From IMG/VR virus record IMGVR_UViG_3300042907_001080, positions 1 to 64,000 of that record: a stretch of 64,000 bases of DNA. The stretch is one strand, 5' to 3'. Positions 36,745 to 46,227 of this stretch are shown piece after piece. The notes under the pieces were generated by a model. That model did not search any database. It saw only the letters and a program-made list of their open reading frames with translations, and was not told the origin of the DNA. Position 1 is the first letter of the stretch. The number at the start of each line of letters is the position of its first letter. The position numbers and the translations under genes were made by a program.

Positions 36745-36942
36745 TTACTTCGCTGGAGTAGCGGCTTTTGCGTCTGCTTTAGCTGGCTCTTTCTTAGCAG
36801 GTTCACTTTTTGCAGGCGTTGCTGCCTTTGCAGGAGCAGATGCAGCTGGTTTAGCTTCTTCTTTCTTAGCAGGTGCAGCAGGTGCTTGTGCAAATGCTGA
36901 TACTGCAAATGCTGATACAATGATTGCGATTACTGATTTCAT
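36745..36942 (-). CDS. secreted/periplasmic Ala-Lys-Pro-rich low-complexity protein
   Basis: Signal peptide MKSVIAIIVSAFAVSAFA|Q then PAK/AAPA repeats; SD AAGGA. Confidence 0.8.
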   Translation of the reverse strand: MKSVIAIIVSAFAVSAFAQAPAAPAKKEEAKPAASAPAKAATPAKSEPAKKEPAKADAKAATPAK

Positions 36943-37049
36943 TTTAAAGTTTCCTTTAGGTTGTTTTACGCAAAGAATATTCCCTACGTATATATATAAC
37001 GCTTTAATAAGACTAAACGTTTACATAAAAGTTTGATTTCATTTCGCCA

Positions 37050-37073
37050 AAAAGAAAGGGCACCTAAGTGCCC
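37050..37073 (-). terminator. intrinsic terminator
   Basis: GGGCAC-TTAG-GTGCCC followed by TTTCTTTT on minus strand. Confidence 0.7.
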
Positions 37074-37094
37074 AATCTAACTGCGACGAAACTT

Positions 37095-38987
37095 TTAATA
37101 GCCTGCTAATTCTCTAATGCGTGATAGTTCTTGAAGTTCTGGATTTTGATCGGTACTCTGCTGTGGTGCCATACGTTCTACAAATTTACGAGCAACTTGT
37201 TCTGCCTGTTCGCCAAACTTCTTGCCTACCATAATAGCAACACCTTCTGGGCCTTTGGGAAATGTGCCTGTGTCACGATCATAAAATGATGTGATAAACT
37301 CTGCTAACTCTTCGGTGTTTAATCTTTCTTTTCTCTTTTCAAAATCACGTTTGGGTTTGTCGTCTTTGTATTCTACATCTTTCATAGTTAACGGTGACTG
37401 GCCTGCTTTTTTTCTATCTACTGCTGGTCTTTCGTAGTCTCTTGGATTGTCGGGATCCACAGCTTCTCGCGGCAATGGCTCTTGTGCAGGCGCAACCGCT
37501 GCCGCTGGATCAACTGGTGCTGGTTCCGCTTCCGGAGCAGTTTGATCAACTCCCTGGGTCGCTTCCGGGTCATCTACCATATCGCCAAAATCCAACTGTT
37601 CTAGTGTTTCAGGTGCATTGAATTCCAACCAATCTTTGACCAATGGTCTTACACATGCATCTGGATCTTGTGCTGCCTGTTCTTTGATTCTTTTATACAA
37701 TTCTGGATCTTCGATTAATCCTTTAAGACTTTCAATGGCGTTGGTTCCATCGACACCTGCTGGGAAGTGTTGTCCTACAAGTTCTTGTAGTCCCTGTAAT
37801 GCTGCTGCCTGCTCTTCAGGATCTTCACTGGTTACCGCACTTTCTTCGCCTAGTGCCATTACCCAATTTTCAAATTGAGCAAATGGGTCATTGTCTTCTG
37901 TTTCAACTGTAAGGTCTTCGTTGTTGATTTCTTCTTGTGTCATAGCGACTATGTCGTCATAGCCTATAGTGCTTCCTTCTTTCATTAGTCTGTATAAGAC
38001 CGGAAACACAGTTGCAATATCTTCTTTAAACGATCTGACTGTGAATTTTTGTTTAAAATCTTCTACCACGTCTTGAGGTATTTCCTCGTTGGGGTTTGCC
38101 TGGAATGATTCTCTGTAAGCCTCGTAGTGACTTTGTTTGCTCAATGCCTTGATCTGTTCTCTAAGATGATTTAGATATTCTGTGCTTCTTTCGACCACTG
38201 AGTTGGTTTCGGAATTCATTAGATCGTTACGGACCACATAGTTACCAAAACTTTTCAACTGTGCAATTTCTTCGCTCATTTGCGTAATACTTTTGCCTAG
38301 ATCATCGTAAGGCAGGCCGCCATTGGCCACATGGCGCTGCATGGCTCTAGCACCAGCTAGATGAATAAATGGATATTTGAATCTTTCACCGTCTTGATTT
38401 TCTACAAACAAGGCACCGATATTTCTGGTTCTAGAACCTGGTTGTGTGTCATCCATCACTGCTTGATTATGTTTAATGATCAAACGTGTGTCCATTAATT
38501 TTTGATAGCTCATTGTTTTGCTACCATACATTGAGCTTTCGCTCATTATGTTTTCACTCATTGTGCTTTCTCCAACTGGTTTTTGTATCGTATTTGTCTG
38601 TGGTTTAGGTTGTGCGTTCTGACTAAGGAATTGATAATCTCGTTTGTCAAGATTGTCTTTGGCAATGTCTCTGGTGTCAAAACTCAATAATCTGCGTTTG
38701 GCAAATTGACGCAGTTCTTTTAAGAATCCGTACCAATTTGTTTTTTGTCCATCATCCATGCCTTCGGTAATTCCATTGGAAAAATACACTTTCATGGAGT
38801 TGGGTTCAGCAAGACTGATGCTGACATGCCCTATGGGATTCTGGCCTTCTGTGTAGTCAAAATCAAAGAATCTTGCCTGTTCCGGATTGATGGTTATCTC
38901 ACCGGTTTCGGCACCTAATTTCAGCCCAGAGAAGCGGCTGCGTACTTTGTAGAATAAATCGGTGGCTATGTTGTTTGTTGCGTCCAT
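37095..38987 (-). CDS. large hypothetical late protein (possible head-associated protein)
   Basis: 630 aa from ATG 38987 with TAAATA 5 nt upstream; acidic; ends LSRIRELAGY. Confidence 0.75.
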   Translation of the reverse strand: MDATNNIATDLFYKVRSRFSGLKLGAETGEITINPEQARFFDFDYTEGQNPIGHVSISLAEPNSMKVYFSNGITEGMDDGQKTNWYGFLKELRQFAKRRLLSFDTRDIAKDNLDKRDYQFLSQNAQPKPQTNTIQKPVGESTMSENIMSESSMYGSKTMSYQKLMDTRLIIKHNQAVMDDTQPGSRTRNIGALFVENQDGERFKYPFIHLAGARAMQRHVANGGLPYDDLGKSITQMSEEIAQLKSFGNYVVRNDLMNSETNSVVERSTEYLNHLREQIKALSKQSHYEAYRESFQANPNEEIPQDVVEDFKQKFTVRSFKEDIATVFPVLYRLMKEGSTIGYDDIVAMTQEEINNEDLTVETEDNDPFAQFENWVMALGEESAVTSEDPEEQAAALQGLQELVGQHFPAGVDGTNAIESLKGLIEDPELYKRIKEQAAQDPDACVRPLVKDWLEFNAPETLEQLDFGDMVDDPEATQGVDQTAPEAEPAPVDPAAAVAPAQEPLPREAVDPDNPRDYERPAVDRKKAGQSPLTMKDVEYKDDKPKRDFEKRKERLNTEELAEFITSFYDRDTGTFPKGPEGVAIMVGKKFGEQAEQVARKFVERMAPQQSTDQNPELQELSRIRELAGY

Positions 38988-38998
38988 AAGTATATTTA

Positions 38999-40585
38999 TC
39001 AAAGACCCATACTGACAAAGATCGGCATAGGCATGGATTCATCGGTGATTTTTTCTGTCATTTTATCGTAGATCTGCGGATCCCAGTCCGCTAACACATC
39101 TGCCATGCGCATGATTAACAGTGTTGAACTGACTAAATCGTCATGTTCTCCACTCTTGGCTTTAAAACCCAGCCCTGAAGCAATATATGTTTTTAGCTCA
39201 GATATCAACGGTTTGCTGTTGATAGTCATCTTGTGATTTTCGATCATGTTTTTTAGTTGACTGCAAGCAGATATTTTACTTCTGTGCGTGGTATTAAATC
39301 CTTTACGGAACTTGCGTATGTGTCCTTTGCGGATGGGCTCACTAAGAAACAGTCCATGAAAGTTTTCTTCGCCTATATCGTTGATAACTATCAGAGCAGA
39401 TTCACCTATTGTATTATTTTCAACACTGTAATACATGATAGGTGCACCGCCTCGTTCTTCGCCTCTGTCATGTATGTATTTTAGTATTTCTCTCAAGACT
39501 CTGACCTGTTGCTGCACAGGCGTGGTATTGTGATGCCACTCTGCTACTTGTATCATTTCAGGCATTTCGTAGACTTGGATGGCTCCGTAGTCACCACCTG
39601 TGCCTAGGCTGGGATCTAAAGCTATTAGATATGTGGCTTTGGGATTTATATCTTTATACCAACGAGTCTGCCCCATGTTCATCATAGGGTCTGAACCTGC
39701 AAGTTCAACCAACTTCACAGAGTTGATTAAAGTTTCGTCATAGATCAAGAACTCGCATTCAAACTCTCTACGGAACCGTTCTTCGCCAATCTTGGCACGT
39801 TCTAATCTAGCCCACTCGTCATCCCTGTCTGGATGTTCCTTCCAGTGTGCGAAGAAGGGGAAGAAACCGTTGACTCCTAGTTTAGTTTCATTGCCGAAGT
39901 CGTCAAACCGTTTGTTGGCTTCTAACCAAATCATAGCAAATTGATCTTCGTCACTGTTAGGAGTTGATGTGATAATAGCTTTACCGCCTGTGGCCAGCGT
40001 AGGTGATAATGCTGTCCAGAATTCTTTGGCTTTTTCCGGCGGCTGCACGAATGCAAACTCATCGCAATAGATTAGAGAAAGAGATTTACCACGACCTGTG
40101 TTTTCTGTGGTAGTAGTTGCTTGTATACGTGATCCGTTGTCGTATTCAATGGTGTTTCTGTTGTATGAATACACTCCAGCTCGAATAAAGTCGGGTAAAT
40201 TTTCATAGGCGTATCTATAACGATCCATGATGTCTCGAGCACCTTCATACTTGTGTGCCGCTATCAATACCTGCACATCTGGCATAAACTGTGTATACCA
40301 CAACAGGTATGCCACTGCACATGTAGTCTTACCCATCTGGCGCGGCAACATGGCTATGCATTCTTTGTTTGTGTGATATGCGTCAATCAACAATTCTTGA
40401 AACCCGTAGGGCTCAAATGGTATTGATCCTCTAGTAGGGTGTTGTATCTTGATAAAGTTTTTAGCAAAGTATAGCGGACCGGTTACTGGATCCATACAAG
40501 CTTCTAGATGCTTGACTTCGTCGAGATTATAGCGTATCTGTGCATGGGCTTTCTTAATTAGATTGCCGTCTAAGGATTTTGACAT
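38999..40585 (-). CDS. terminase large subunit (T4 gp17-like)
   Basis: LPRQMGKTT (Walker A), YCDEFAF (Walker B), TSTPN, RFRREFEC, LDPSLG, HDDLV. Confidence 0.95.
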   Translation of the reverse strand: MSKSLDGNLIKKAHAQIRYNLDEVKHLEACMDPVTGPLYFAKNFIKIQHPTRGSIPFEPYGFQELLIDAYHTNKECIAMLPRQMGKTTCAVAYLLWYTQFMPDVQVLIAAHKYEGARDIMDRYRYAYENLPDFIRAGVYSYNRNTIEYDNGSRIQATTTTENTGRGKSLSLIYCDEFAFVQPPEKAKEFWTALSPTLATGGKAIITSTPNSDEDQFAMIWLEANKRFDDFGNETKLGVNGFFPFFAHWKEHPDRDDEWARLERAKIGEERFRREFECEFLIYDETLINSVKLVELAGSDPMMNMGQTRWYKDINPKATYLIALDPSLGTGGDYGAIQVYEMPEMIQVAEWHHNTTPVQQQVRVLREILKYIHDRGEERGGAPIMYYSVENNTIGESALIVINDIGEENFHGLFLSEPIRKGHIRKFRKGFNTTHRSKISACSQLKNMIENHKMTINSKPLISELKTYIASGLGFKAKSGEHDDLVSSTLLIMRMADVLADWDPQIYDKMTEKITDESMPMPIFVSMGL

Positions 40586-40599
40586 ATGTTTATTTAATG

Positions 40600-40627
40600 A
40601 AAAAAATAGGCTCCGAAGAGCCTATTT
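40600..40627 (-). terminator. intrinsic terminator with UUCG loop
   Basis: AAATAGGCTC-TTCG-GAGCCTATTT followed by T-run on minus strand. Confidence 0.85.
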
Positions 40628-40643
40628 GATTTATTAGTTTATA

Positions 40644-41288
40644 TTAACTGTCTATGGTTTCTGCTGCATCAACAAGGGTTACGGCCACGTCTTTGTAAAT
40701 GTCCGCAAGTGAGTCGGGCAACGTAACAGTCAAAGATTCTTGTATTTCAGCACCTTGACTGCCATCAAACACTCTCATGCTTTTAACGTGATTGGTTCTG
40801 CCAATGGCCTGACCAATTTGATAGCGTAGAGCTTTGGCTGTTGTATCAACTGTAATTGTACCGTCTGTGGTAGCTGTAAATTGGAATGGTGTTCCAATTT
40901 CTGCTCTTGTGCCGCCCAATACGCCGTCTGCTGTGCCTGCACCTGCTGCACCTGCACGATCATATCTCACTGTAAAAGTCACTGCTGTTGCCTGGTTGTC
41001 TGCCACCGTTGCACCAGCACTGGTAAACTGCACGTCTTGAATCTGTGCATCAGCATATTTTTGTAGATTTTCGATAATGGCTAAGAAACGTTGATGAGCT
41101 CTGGCTACACGACGACCAATGGCTAATGTAGTTGGTTTGGTTGTAAATGCACTGTGATCTTGTGGGCATACCGCTCCGTTATCGTTGCCATCTGCTGTAG
41201 GATATGTTCCTGCACCACCAGACAATGTGATTACCACTTGATAAAATTCTGGTCTTAGCGACTCAGTTGAAATTTTAAATCCTGACAT
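40644..41288 (-). CDS. hypothetical protein, probably virion
   Basis: A/T/G-rich 214 aa in morphogenesis cluster. Confidence 0.7.
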   Translation of the reverse strand: MSGFKISTESLRPEFYQVVITLSGGAGTYPTADGNDNGAVCPQDHSAFTTKPTTLAIGRRVARAHQRFLAIIENLQKYADAQIQDVQFTSAGATVADNQATAVTFTVRYDRAGAAGAGTADGVLGGTRAEIGTPFQFTATTDGTITVDTTAKALRYQIGQAIGRTNHVKSMRVFDGSQGAEIQESLTVTLPDSLADIYKDVAVTLVDAAETIDS

Positions 41289-41965
41289 TATTTTGCTCCT
41301 TTAGCTTCTGACAATCTTTGAAGCAGTTCTTCTCGTATACTAGCACGTAGTTGTTCTTTGCTTTCGTAAGCGCCAGCTGCCATAGGGTTGTCACCGCGAT
41401 ATGGTTTGCCACTGAAGCTTTTCTTAGGCTTGTTTAGATCATTCCCGTCCGGGATAGCAGCGTCAATACCTGCATATTCTGTCTCTGATCCGTTTAGTGA
41501 ATTACCAAATGCTTCTTCTTTGTCTTTTTTCTTTTCCATGTCATGATCATCCATGTCATGGTCACCGTCGTCGTCTTGATCTAGAGTTTTGATCAAGGGT
41601 TTTTCATCTGCGTGATCTTTTTCGTGTGCATCAAGATCTCCGCTGTTATCATAATCGCTGTCCATGTCTGGCAGCATTTTCAATGGAGGTAGTCCGCCCA
41701 TAGGCTTGTCCATAGGTTCGATGCTGATAGAATTCATCGGTGCTGGCTGATTAATCATGTCTGGATTAACTTTGGTCATCAGCTTCATTAGTTCTTCGAT
41801 GTTGTCCATGCCTTGTGCATTGAGATTTAAACTCATGCTTGGTGGCGGTGTGTCTGGTTTCTCTGGCATCGATGGCATGCTCATTGGCATAGGTGAGTCA
41901 CCACAGGCTTCTGTGGCGGGCCTGTCTAATTCCTGCATCTTTGCCATTAGTTCTTGAAAGTTCAT
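41288..41965 (-). CDS. low-complexity Met/Pro/Asp-rich protein (possible scaffold/core protein)
   Basis: MPMSMPSMP, DQDDDGDHDMDDH; morphogenesis cluster. Confidence 0.7.
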   Translation of the reverse strand: MNFQELMAKMQELDRPATEACGDSPMPMSMPSMPEKPDTPPPSMSLNLNAQGMDNIEELMKLMTKVNPDMINQPAPMNSISIEPMDKPMGGLPPLKMLPDMDSDYDNSGDLDAHEKDHADEKPLIKTLDQDDDGDHDMDDHDMEKKKDKEEAFGNSLNGSETEYAGIDAAIPDGNDLNKPKKSFSGKPYRGDNPMAAGAYESKEQLRASIREELLQRLSEAKGAK

Positions 41966-41967
41966 AG

Positions 41968-42564
41968 TTAATTTCCTTTGCGTGGATCTTGTTTGCCAGC
42001 AGTTGACATTGGACTCATAGATCCAGCTTTGTCTGTTTTTTGCTTGGGTATTTTATATTCAGCAGCAAATCCATCTTTGGTTCTCTGCTTGGCTGTTTTG
42101 CTTAAATCTTTAAGAAACCCTTTGTTAAAATCATCACCAAAATAATCTTTGTGTTTGATTTTTCCTGTGCCTTTGTCTAAATCTTGTTCATCCAACATGG
42201 CTTCACCGCTGGGTTCATCGTCCAGTAATACCTGATCTGCTTCTGTAGGCTCGCCACTGTTTCTAACACGGAAACAATCTTCATCAATGCCCATGGCTTT
42301 GACATGAGTAGCAATTTCAGGCGGTGTTGTAGGATATTCGCAGATCACTTCATATATAGTAACCTGCATGTTTTCTTTGCCTGGAAAATCTAAGGGCAAT
42401 TTTTGTATAGGTGTTGTTGACAGCTTTTCAAAGGTCATAACCTTGCAGCTGTCCAGGCGTGACTTTAGTGCTTCTTGGAATTTTTCAGGAACATCGCCCG
42501 CAACTTTGATCTTAAAGCTGTAAATTTTTTTGTTTTCGACGAGATATTCTTTAAAAGTTTTCAT
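41968..42564 (-). CDS. probable internal head/prohead core protein
   Basis: N-terminus MKTFKEYLVE closely resembles T4 capsid-targeting sequence; TAAATA 5 nt before ATG. Confidence 0.6.
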   Translation of the reverse strand: MKTFKEYLVENKKIYSFKIKVAGDVPEKFQEALKSRLDSCKVMTFEKLSTTPIQKLPLDFPGKENMQVTIYEVICEYPTTPPEIATHVKAMGIDEDCFRVRNSGEPTEADQVLLDDEPSGEAMLDEQDLDKGTGKIKHKDYFGDDFNKGFLKDLSKTAKQRTKDGFAAEYKIPKQKTDKAGSMSPMSTAGKQDPRKGN

Positions 42565-42572
42565 ATGAGTAT

Positions 42573-43043
42573 TTATGCTTTTCCGCTTAATTTTTTCAGC
42601 AGTTCGTTGCGATCGGTGATCACATAGCCCTGTCCATTTATCACGTTGTTGGGATCTACCCCAGCATCGTTGTCTATTTTTAGTTTTTTCAGCTGTAGAT
42701 CTACAGCTTTGAGTTTCTTTTCTATCTTGTTGCTTTTGGCAGTGATAGCATTGCCCATCATTGAGCTAGCTACTTCAAATATCCTACCCGAATATCTCAC
42801 TTCCACGTTCATACCAAGGTCCATGAGATCGTCGTAGGCTTGTTCTGCTTTTTTGGCAAGATTGTCTAGTTCTTGCTCATCAAGATTTTCTAGTTCTTGT
42901 ATATGTGGCAGTGTTTGCACGATCTTTTGCACTGCTTGATACTGATCATCGAGACTGTTAATTTCTTCATGCACAGGCGGTGGTGGTGCTGTAGGCTCGG
43001 CTTGAGATTCTAAATCAAATAGTTCTTCTAATTTTTTCGTCAT
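42573..43043 (-). CDS. probable terminase small subunit (T4 gp16-like)
   Basis: Helical 156 aa; RIFEVASSMM...coiled coil...ITDRNELLKKL tail like gp16-family proteins; near gp17. Confidence 0.6.
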   Translation of the reverse strand: MTKKLEELFDLESQAEPTAPPPPVHEEINSLDDQYQAVQKIVQTLPHIQELENLDEQELDNLAKKAEQAYDDLMDLGMNVEVRYSGRIFEVASSMMGNAITAKSNKIEKKLKAVDLQLKKLKIDNDAGVDPNNVINGQGYVITDRNELLKKLSGKA

Positions 43044-43618
43044 ATCATACTTATCTGTGTTTTAACCCAGTCTCTATATTCTACAGTTTTAAATTCTATA
43101 TCTTTATTCACATACCAGGTTTCAAAATGACATTCACCTGTCCAAGATTTTCTTCTTCTAATAGCAAACACATTATTTACTGCAACTTTGTATCCTTTGC
43201 TATCTAGATATTCTTTTGCAGAATTACATGTTTCCAAAAATCCTTTTTCTTCTCGCCAATAATCGTCATGTTCAAAAGTTATACAGTCAAAAACAATACC
43301 CTGATTGATTACATTTTTAAGTGCCTGCAATGTTAATTCTGGAGGATTAATGTCACAACTCAAATATCCTATTCGATCTTTTAAATTATACTTGTAATTA
43401 ACTGCGTCTGTATAATAGCAAGAATTACCCCTGATGTTAGACCAGTCTGCTTTAAAATCTGCATTAAGTTCTAAACTAATACCCGACCAGCCCTGTTTTT
43501 CTAACAAAAACGTATTACTCAGTTTTATAGGATCTGCTGCACCAATTTCTACATATGATTTGTGATTGCAAATTTGAAGCGCAAAGATATCTTGACCAAC
43601 CTGTGAATAATGCATCAT
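43040..43618 (-). CDS. FkbM-like methyltransferase
   Basis: YSQVGQD, YVEIGAADP...SNTFLLEKQGWSGISLE, LSCDI. Confidence 0.75.
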   Translation of the reverse strand: MMHYSQVGQDIFALQICNHKSYVEIGAADPIKLSNTFLLEKQGWSGISLELNADFKADWSNIRGNSCYYTDAVNYKYNLKDRIGYLSCDINPPELTLQALKNVINQGIVFDCITFEHDDYWREEKGFLETCNSAKEYLDSKGYKVAVNNVFAIRRRKSWTGECHFETWYVNKDIEFKTVEYRDWVKTQISMI

Positions 43619-44055
43619 TTTCTTTTTGATCCTTGATGGAAAATATCACCTTCATTGACCACCCTGAATCTAAGGCCCTGCTGTTTGCACCAAGCTGTGG
43701 CAGCTTCCCATTTGGCCATGTTTTTAATATATTGCTCTTGGTTGTATCGGCTTTTGCCCACCGACTCTCTTAGTGTTTGACTCTGCGGTTTTACTTCAAC
43801 AACTTCTGCATGTTTCTTACCAGTTTTGTCCTTGTAGACCACAAAGAAATCAGGCACATATATTGTGTATTTGCCCGTCAAGGGATCTCTATACGGTATC
43901 TGTATGCTTTCGCTGGCCCAATTTTCTACACCTTGATGCTCATCCAACATGCGCATGAACACAAATTCCCATGAACTACGAGCCAATGGTATTTTCTTGC
44001 CGACATACTTGTCGGGATTTTTCATTTCAAATCGTCCCTGTGCAAATTTAGACAT
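43615..44055 (-). CDS. head-completion nuclease (T4 gp4-like, TnsA-N PD-(D/E)xK fold)
   Basis: RSSWE, WASESIQIPY, YVPDF, EVKP, KWEAA. Confidence 0.85.
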   Translation of the reverse strand: MSKFAQGRFEMKNPDKYVGKKIPLARSSWEFVFMRMLDEHQGVENWASESIQIPYRDPLTGKYTIYVPDFFVVYKDKTGKKHAEVVEVKPQSQTLRESVGKSRYNQEQYIKNMAKWEAATAWCKQQGLRFRVVNEGDIFHQGSKRK

Positions 44056-44420
44056 TAGGCAGCGATATTTCTAGTCTTATTGTTATCGACGTTTTGAGTT
44101 CTATATCCCAATATAGATGTAGGCACGCGATTGTTGTTAAGTATTTCTGCAACTATCTGGCTCAATGAAACTCCTGGAAAATTCTTTAGTGTATCTAAGA
44201 TTTGAAAAATAGGTGTATTGTCGAGCTTGGCCTGTCTTAGTACCACTGCTGCAGAAGTTGAGGCAGCATCAAGATCAAATCCAGCCTGTTGAAAAAAGCT
44301 CACTGCGGCAGAGACATCGTTGGAGGGAAACTCTAGAGCAGATTCGCCATAGTTTTCAAAATACAATTTGGTAGCAGCGGCGCTGTCTTCAATGGTCTGT
44401 GATGGTAAGTTTGTAGCCAT
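44055..44420 (-). CDS. hypothetical protein (baseplate/tail module)
   Basis: 121-aa ORF between tube-like gene and gp4. Confidence 0.7.
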   Translation of the reverse strand: MATNLPSQTIEDSAAATKLYFENYGESALEFPSNDVSAAVSFFQQAGFDLDAASTSAAVVLRQAKLDNTPIFQILDTLKNFPGVSLSQIVAEILNNNRVPTSILGYRTQNVDNNKTRNIAA

Positions 44421-44422
44421 GG

Positions 44423-45511
44423 TTAATTACCTGTGATATTGCGTTGTCTAGCATTAGTAGTAGCTTCTGTTGTAGCACTTTTAGGAAACACAGTTCCGAC
44501 AACTCCGCTGACCTTATCAATTGCTGTTGAAATATTTCCTGGGTTACTTAGTATGTTAATGGCTTCGCTAGCCAATTGCTCTTTGCTGAGATTATTGAAA
44601 TTTTTGTAGGTGTTAAAAGTTTTGGCCAAGGTGCCTATAAAACCTCCGGGCGTGTTAAAGGCAGCGCCTGTTCCAACATCACCAAAAATCTGTTCAAGCC
44701 CATCTAGCACACCACCCTCGCCCGTTAGTGTGGCAACACCTCCACCTGCCACACTCAGTGGACTTGGCACAGTGTCATAATGCAAGGTTGCAAATCCTTT
44801 AGGTGTTCCCACAGACACATTGCCTGTGCTGTATCGCACCGCTTCGTATTCCAAGGTCATGGTGCTTTCGTTGAATTCGCTGGCAGAGTAATCCATACCG
44901 CCATGGCTCCATGATTTGATTCGGGGGTTTACTAATGTGTAACCGACAAATCGTCTACGACTCATGGTATAGATAGTTACAGATTTAAAAAAATCCACAC
45001 TCTTGTCATTGTCTAGGCCATATCGAAAATTGTCTTTGTTAGTACCAGTGGCTCTATAATGATTGGATTCGTAGGCAGCGTTGGGATTATGCCTATCGCC
45101 GATGTAGTAGCCATAATACAAAGCCCACATGGCACTTATAACATTGTTGCTGTCATCGTGCATGTTGATGTTTACTGGATCATAATTTATCTGTTTATAT
45201 ACGATCTTTTTTCGATTGTATTGATTCTTTATTACAGAATCAAAATTAAATTTCGGAAGATCGGCACTCTTGACCAATAACCCTGCTTCGTTCTTGTGTT
45301 TGGCACTGAATGGTGACATGCCTCGCACTGAATTATCCATTTCGAAATATACATAAAACAGGAATTTGGTTTTTGGGCTTAATCGTAGATTGTTGTCAAT
45401 AAACAATCTAGTAGCGTGGCGATAATTACTCATTTGACCTTTGGGTTTGGTCACACCCTCAATCAAGCCGGAACCGAATTCTGATAGATATCTTGTGAAT
45501 TTATTTGCCAT
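44423..45511 (-). CDS. tail-tube-like baseplate protein (gp48/gp54-like)
   Basis: LPKFNF...NQYN...YDPVNINMHDD and YEAV tube-fold motifs; adjacent to tube gene. Confidence 0.6.
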   Translation of the reverse strand: MANKFTRYLSEFGSGLIEGVTKPKGQMSNYRHATRLFIDNNLRLSPKTKFLFYVYFEMDNSVRGMSPFSAKHKNEAGLLVKSADLPKFNFDSVIKNQYNRKKIVYKQINYDPVNINMHDDSNNVISAMWALYYGYYIGDRHNPNAAYESNHYRATGTNKDNFRYGLDNDKSVDFFKSVTIYTMSRRRFVGYTLVNPRIKSWSHGGMDYSASEFNESTMTLEYEAVRYSTGNVSVGTPKGFATLHYDTVPSPLSVAGGGVATLTGEGGVLDGLEQIFGDVGTGAAFNTPGGFIGTLAKTFNTYKNFNNLSKEQLASEAINILSNPGNISTAIDKVSGVVGTVFPKSATTEATTNARQRNITGN

Positions 45512-45527
45512 ACAAATATTTATGCCA

Positions 45528-45559
45528 CAAAAAAAGCCCGATTTTTAGTCGGGCTTTTT
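45528..45559. terminator. intrinsic terminator (potentially bidirectional) after tube gene
   Basis: AAAAAGCCCGA-TTTTTAG-TCGGGCTTTTT. Confidence 0.85.
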
Positions 45560-45574
45560 GAGCTAATATTACTA

Positions 45575-46225
45575 TTAACCTTGTGCTGTAGAAGCGCCTG
45601 TAGTAGCTGCACCAATAGTTCTTCCTACTGCTGCGCCAATACCACCTATTGGGCTTACTGCTGCCGCACCAGCTGCAAACTGTGATAGATTATCGTAAAC
45701 AATCGACAATGCTACAGTCATATGCTCATTGGTGCTGTAGTTTGCATCACCGTAGTCTGCATTTTGAATGAAACATCCATATAGTTCAAATGTTTCTAAA
45801 GTGCTCGGCACTAACAATCCGTTGCCCCCGTCAAGAACTTCTATGCGTGTGGTAAATTTGTAGTCAATACCTGAACGTGCTGAAGCCTGTTCCATGAAGT
45901 CAAACTGTTTCTGGATCTGCTGTCCTACCATTTTCTGAACTTGACCACTAGCATCATCACGCAATGTTAATGTAATTGGTTCTAATGTGTGTCTGCCAGC
46001 CAATTTAACTTTGGAGTTATAGACATCCAGCGTCATTTCTTCAAACGCCACTTTGGGTCTAGTAACATCTTGCACCTGTTTGGTAAGTTCAGTGGCTGCG
46101 GTAACTCCAAATCCCAACAGTGTAACTCTGAAGCGATATTTTAATTTTGGCATCAACAGCACTTGAGTGCTGCCAGCTGCGTTGGTAGTTGGAATACCAA
46201 TGTTATTAAGCGATGTAATTGCCAT
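45575..46225 (-). CDS. tail tube protein (T4 gp19-like)
   Basis: PKLKYRFRV, ITLTLRDD, LYGCF, SIVYD; immediately downstream of sheath. Confidence 0.8.
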   Translation of the reverse strand: MAITSLNNIGIPTTNAAGSTQVLLMPKLKYRFRVTLLGFGVTAATELTKQVQDVTRPKVAFEEMTLDVYNSKVKLAGRHTLEPITLTLRDDASGQVQKMVGQQIQKQFDFMEQASARSGIDYKFTTRIEVLDGGNGLLVPSTLETFELYGCFIQNADYGDANYSTNEHMTVALSIVYDNLSQFAAGAAAVSPIGGIGAAVGRTIGAATTGASTAQG

Positions 46226-46227
46226 TT

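Noticed and set aside
38999-40585. Inteins or introns in terminase, helicases or UvsX
   Set aside because: Lengths and motif spacing are normal, with no Hint or LAGLIDADG insertions
41560-41600. EF-hand-like DxDxDG (DQDDDG) in the Met/Asp-rich protein
   Set aside because: Sits in a low-complexity Asp/His run without flanking helices, so a chance match is likely
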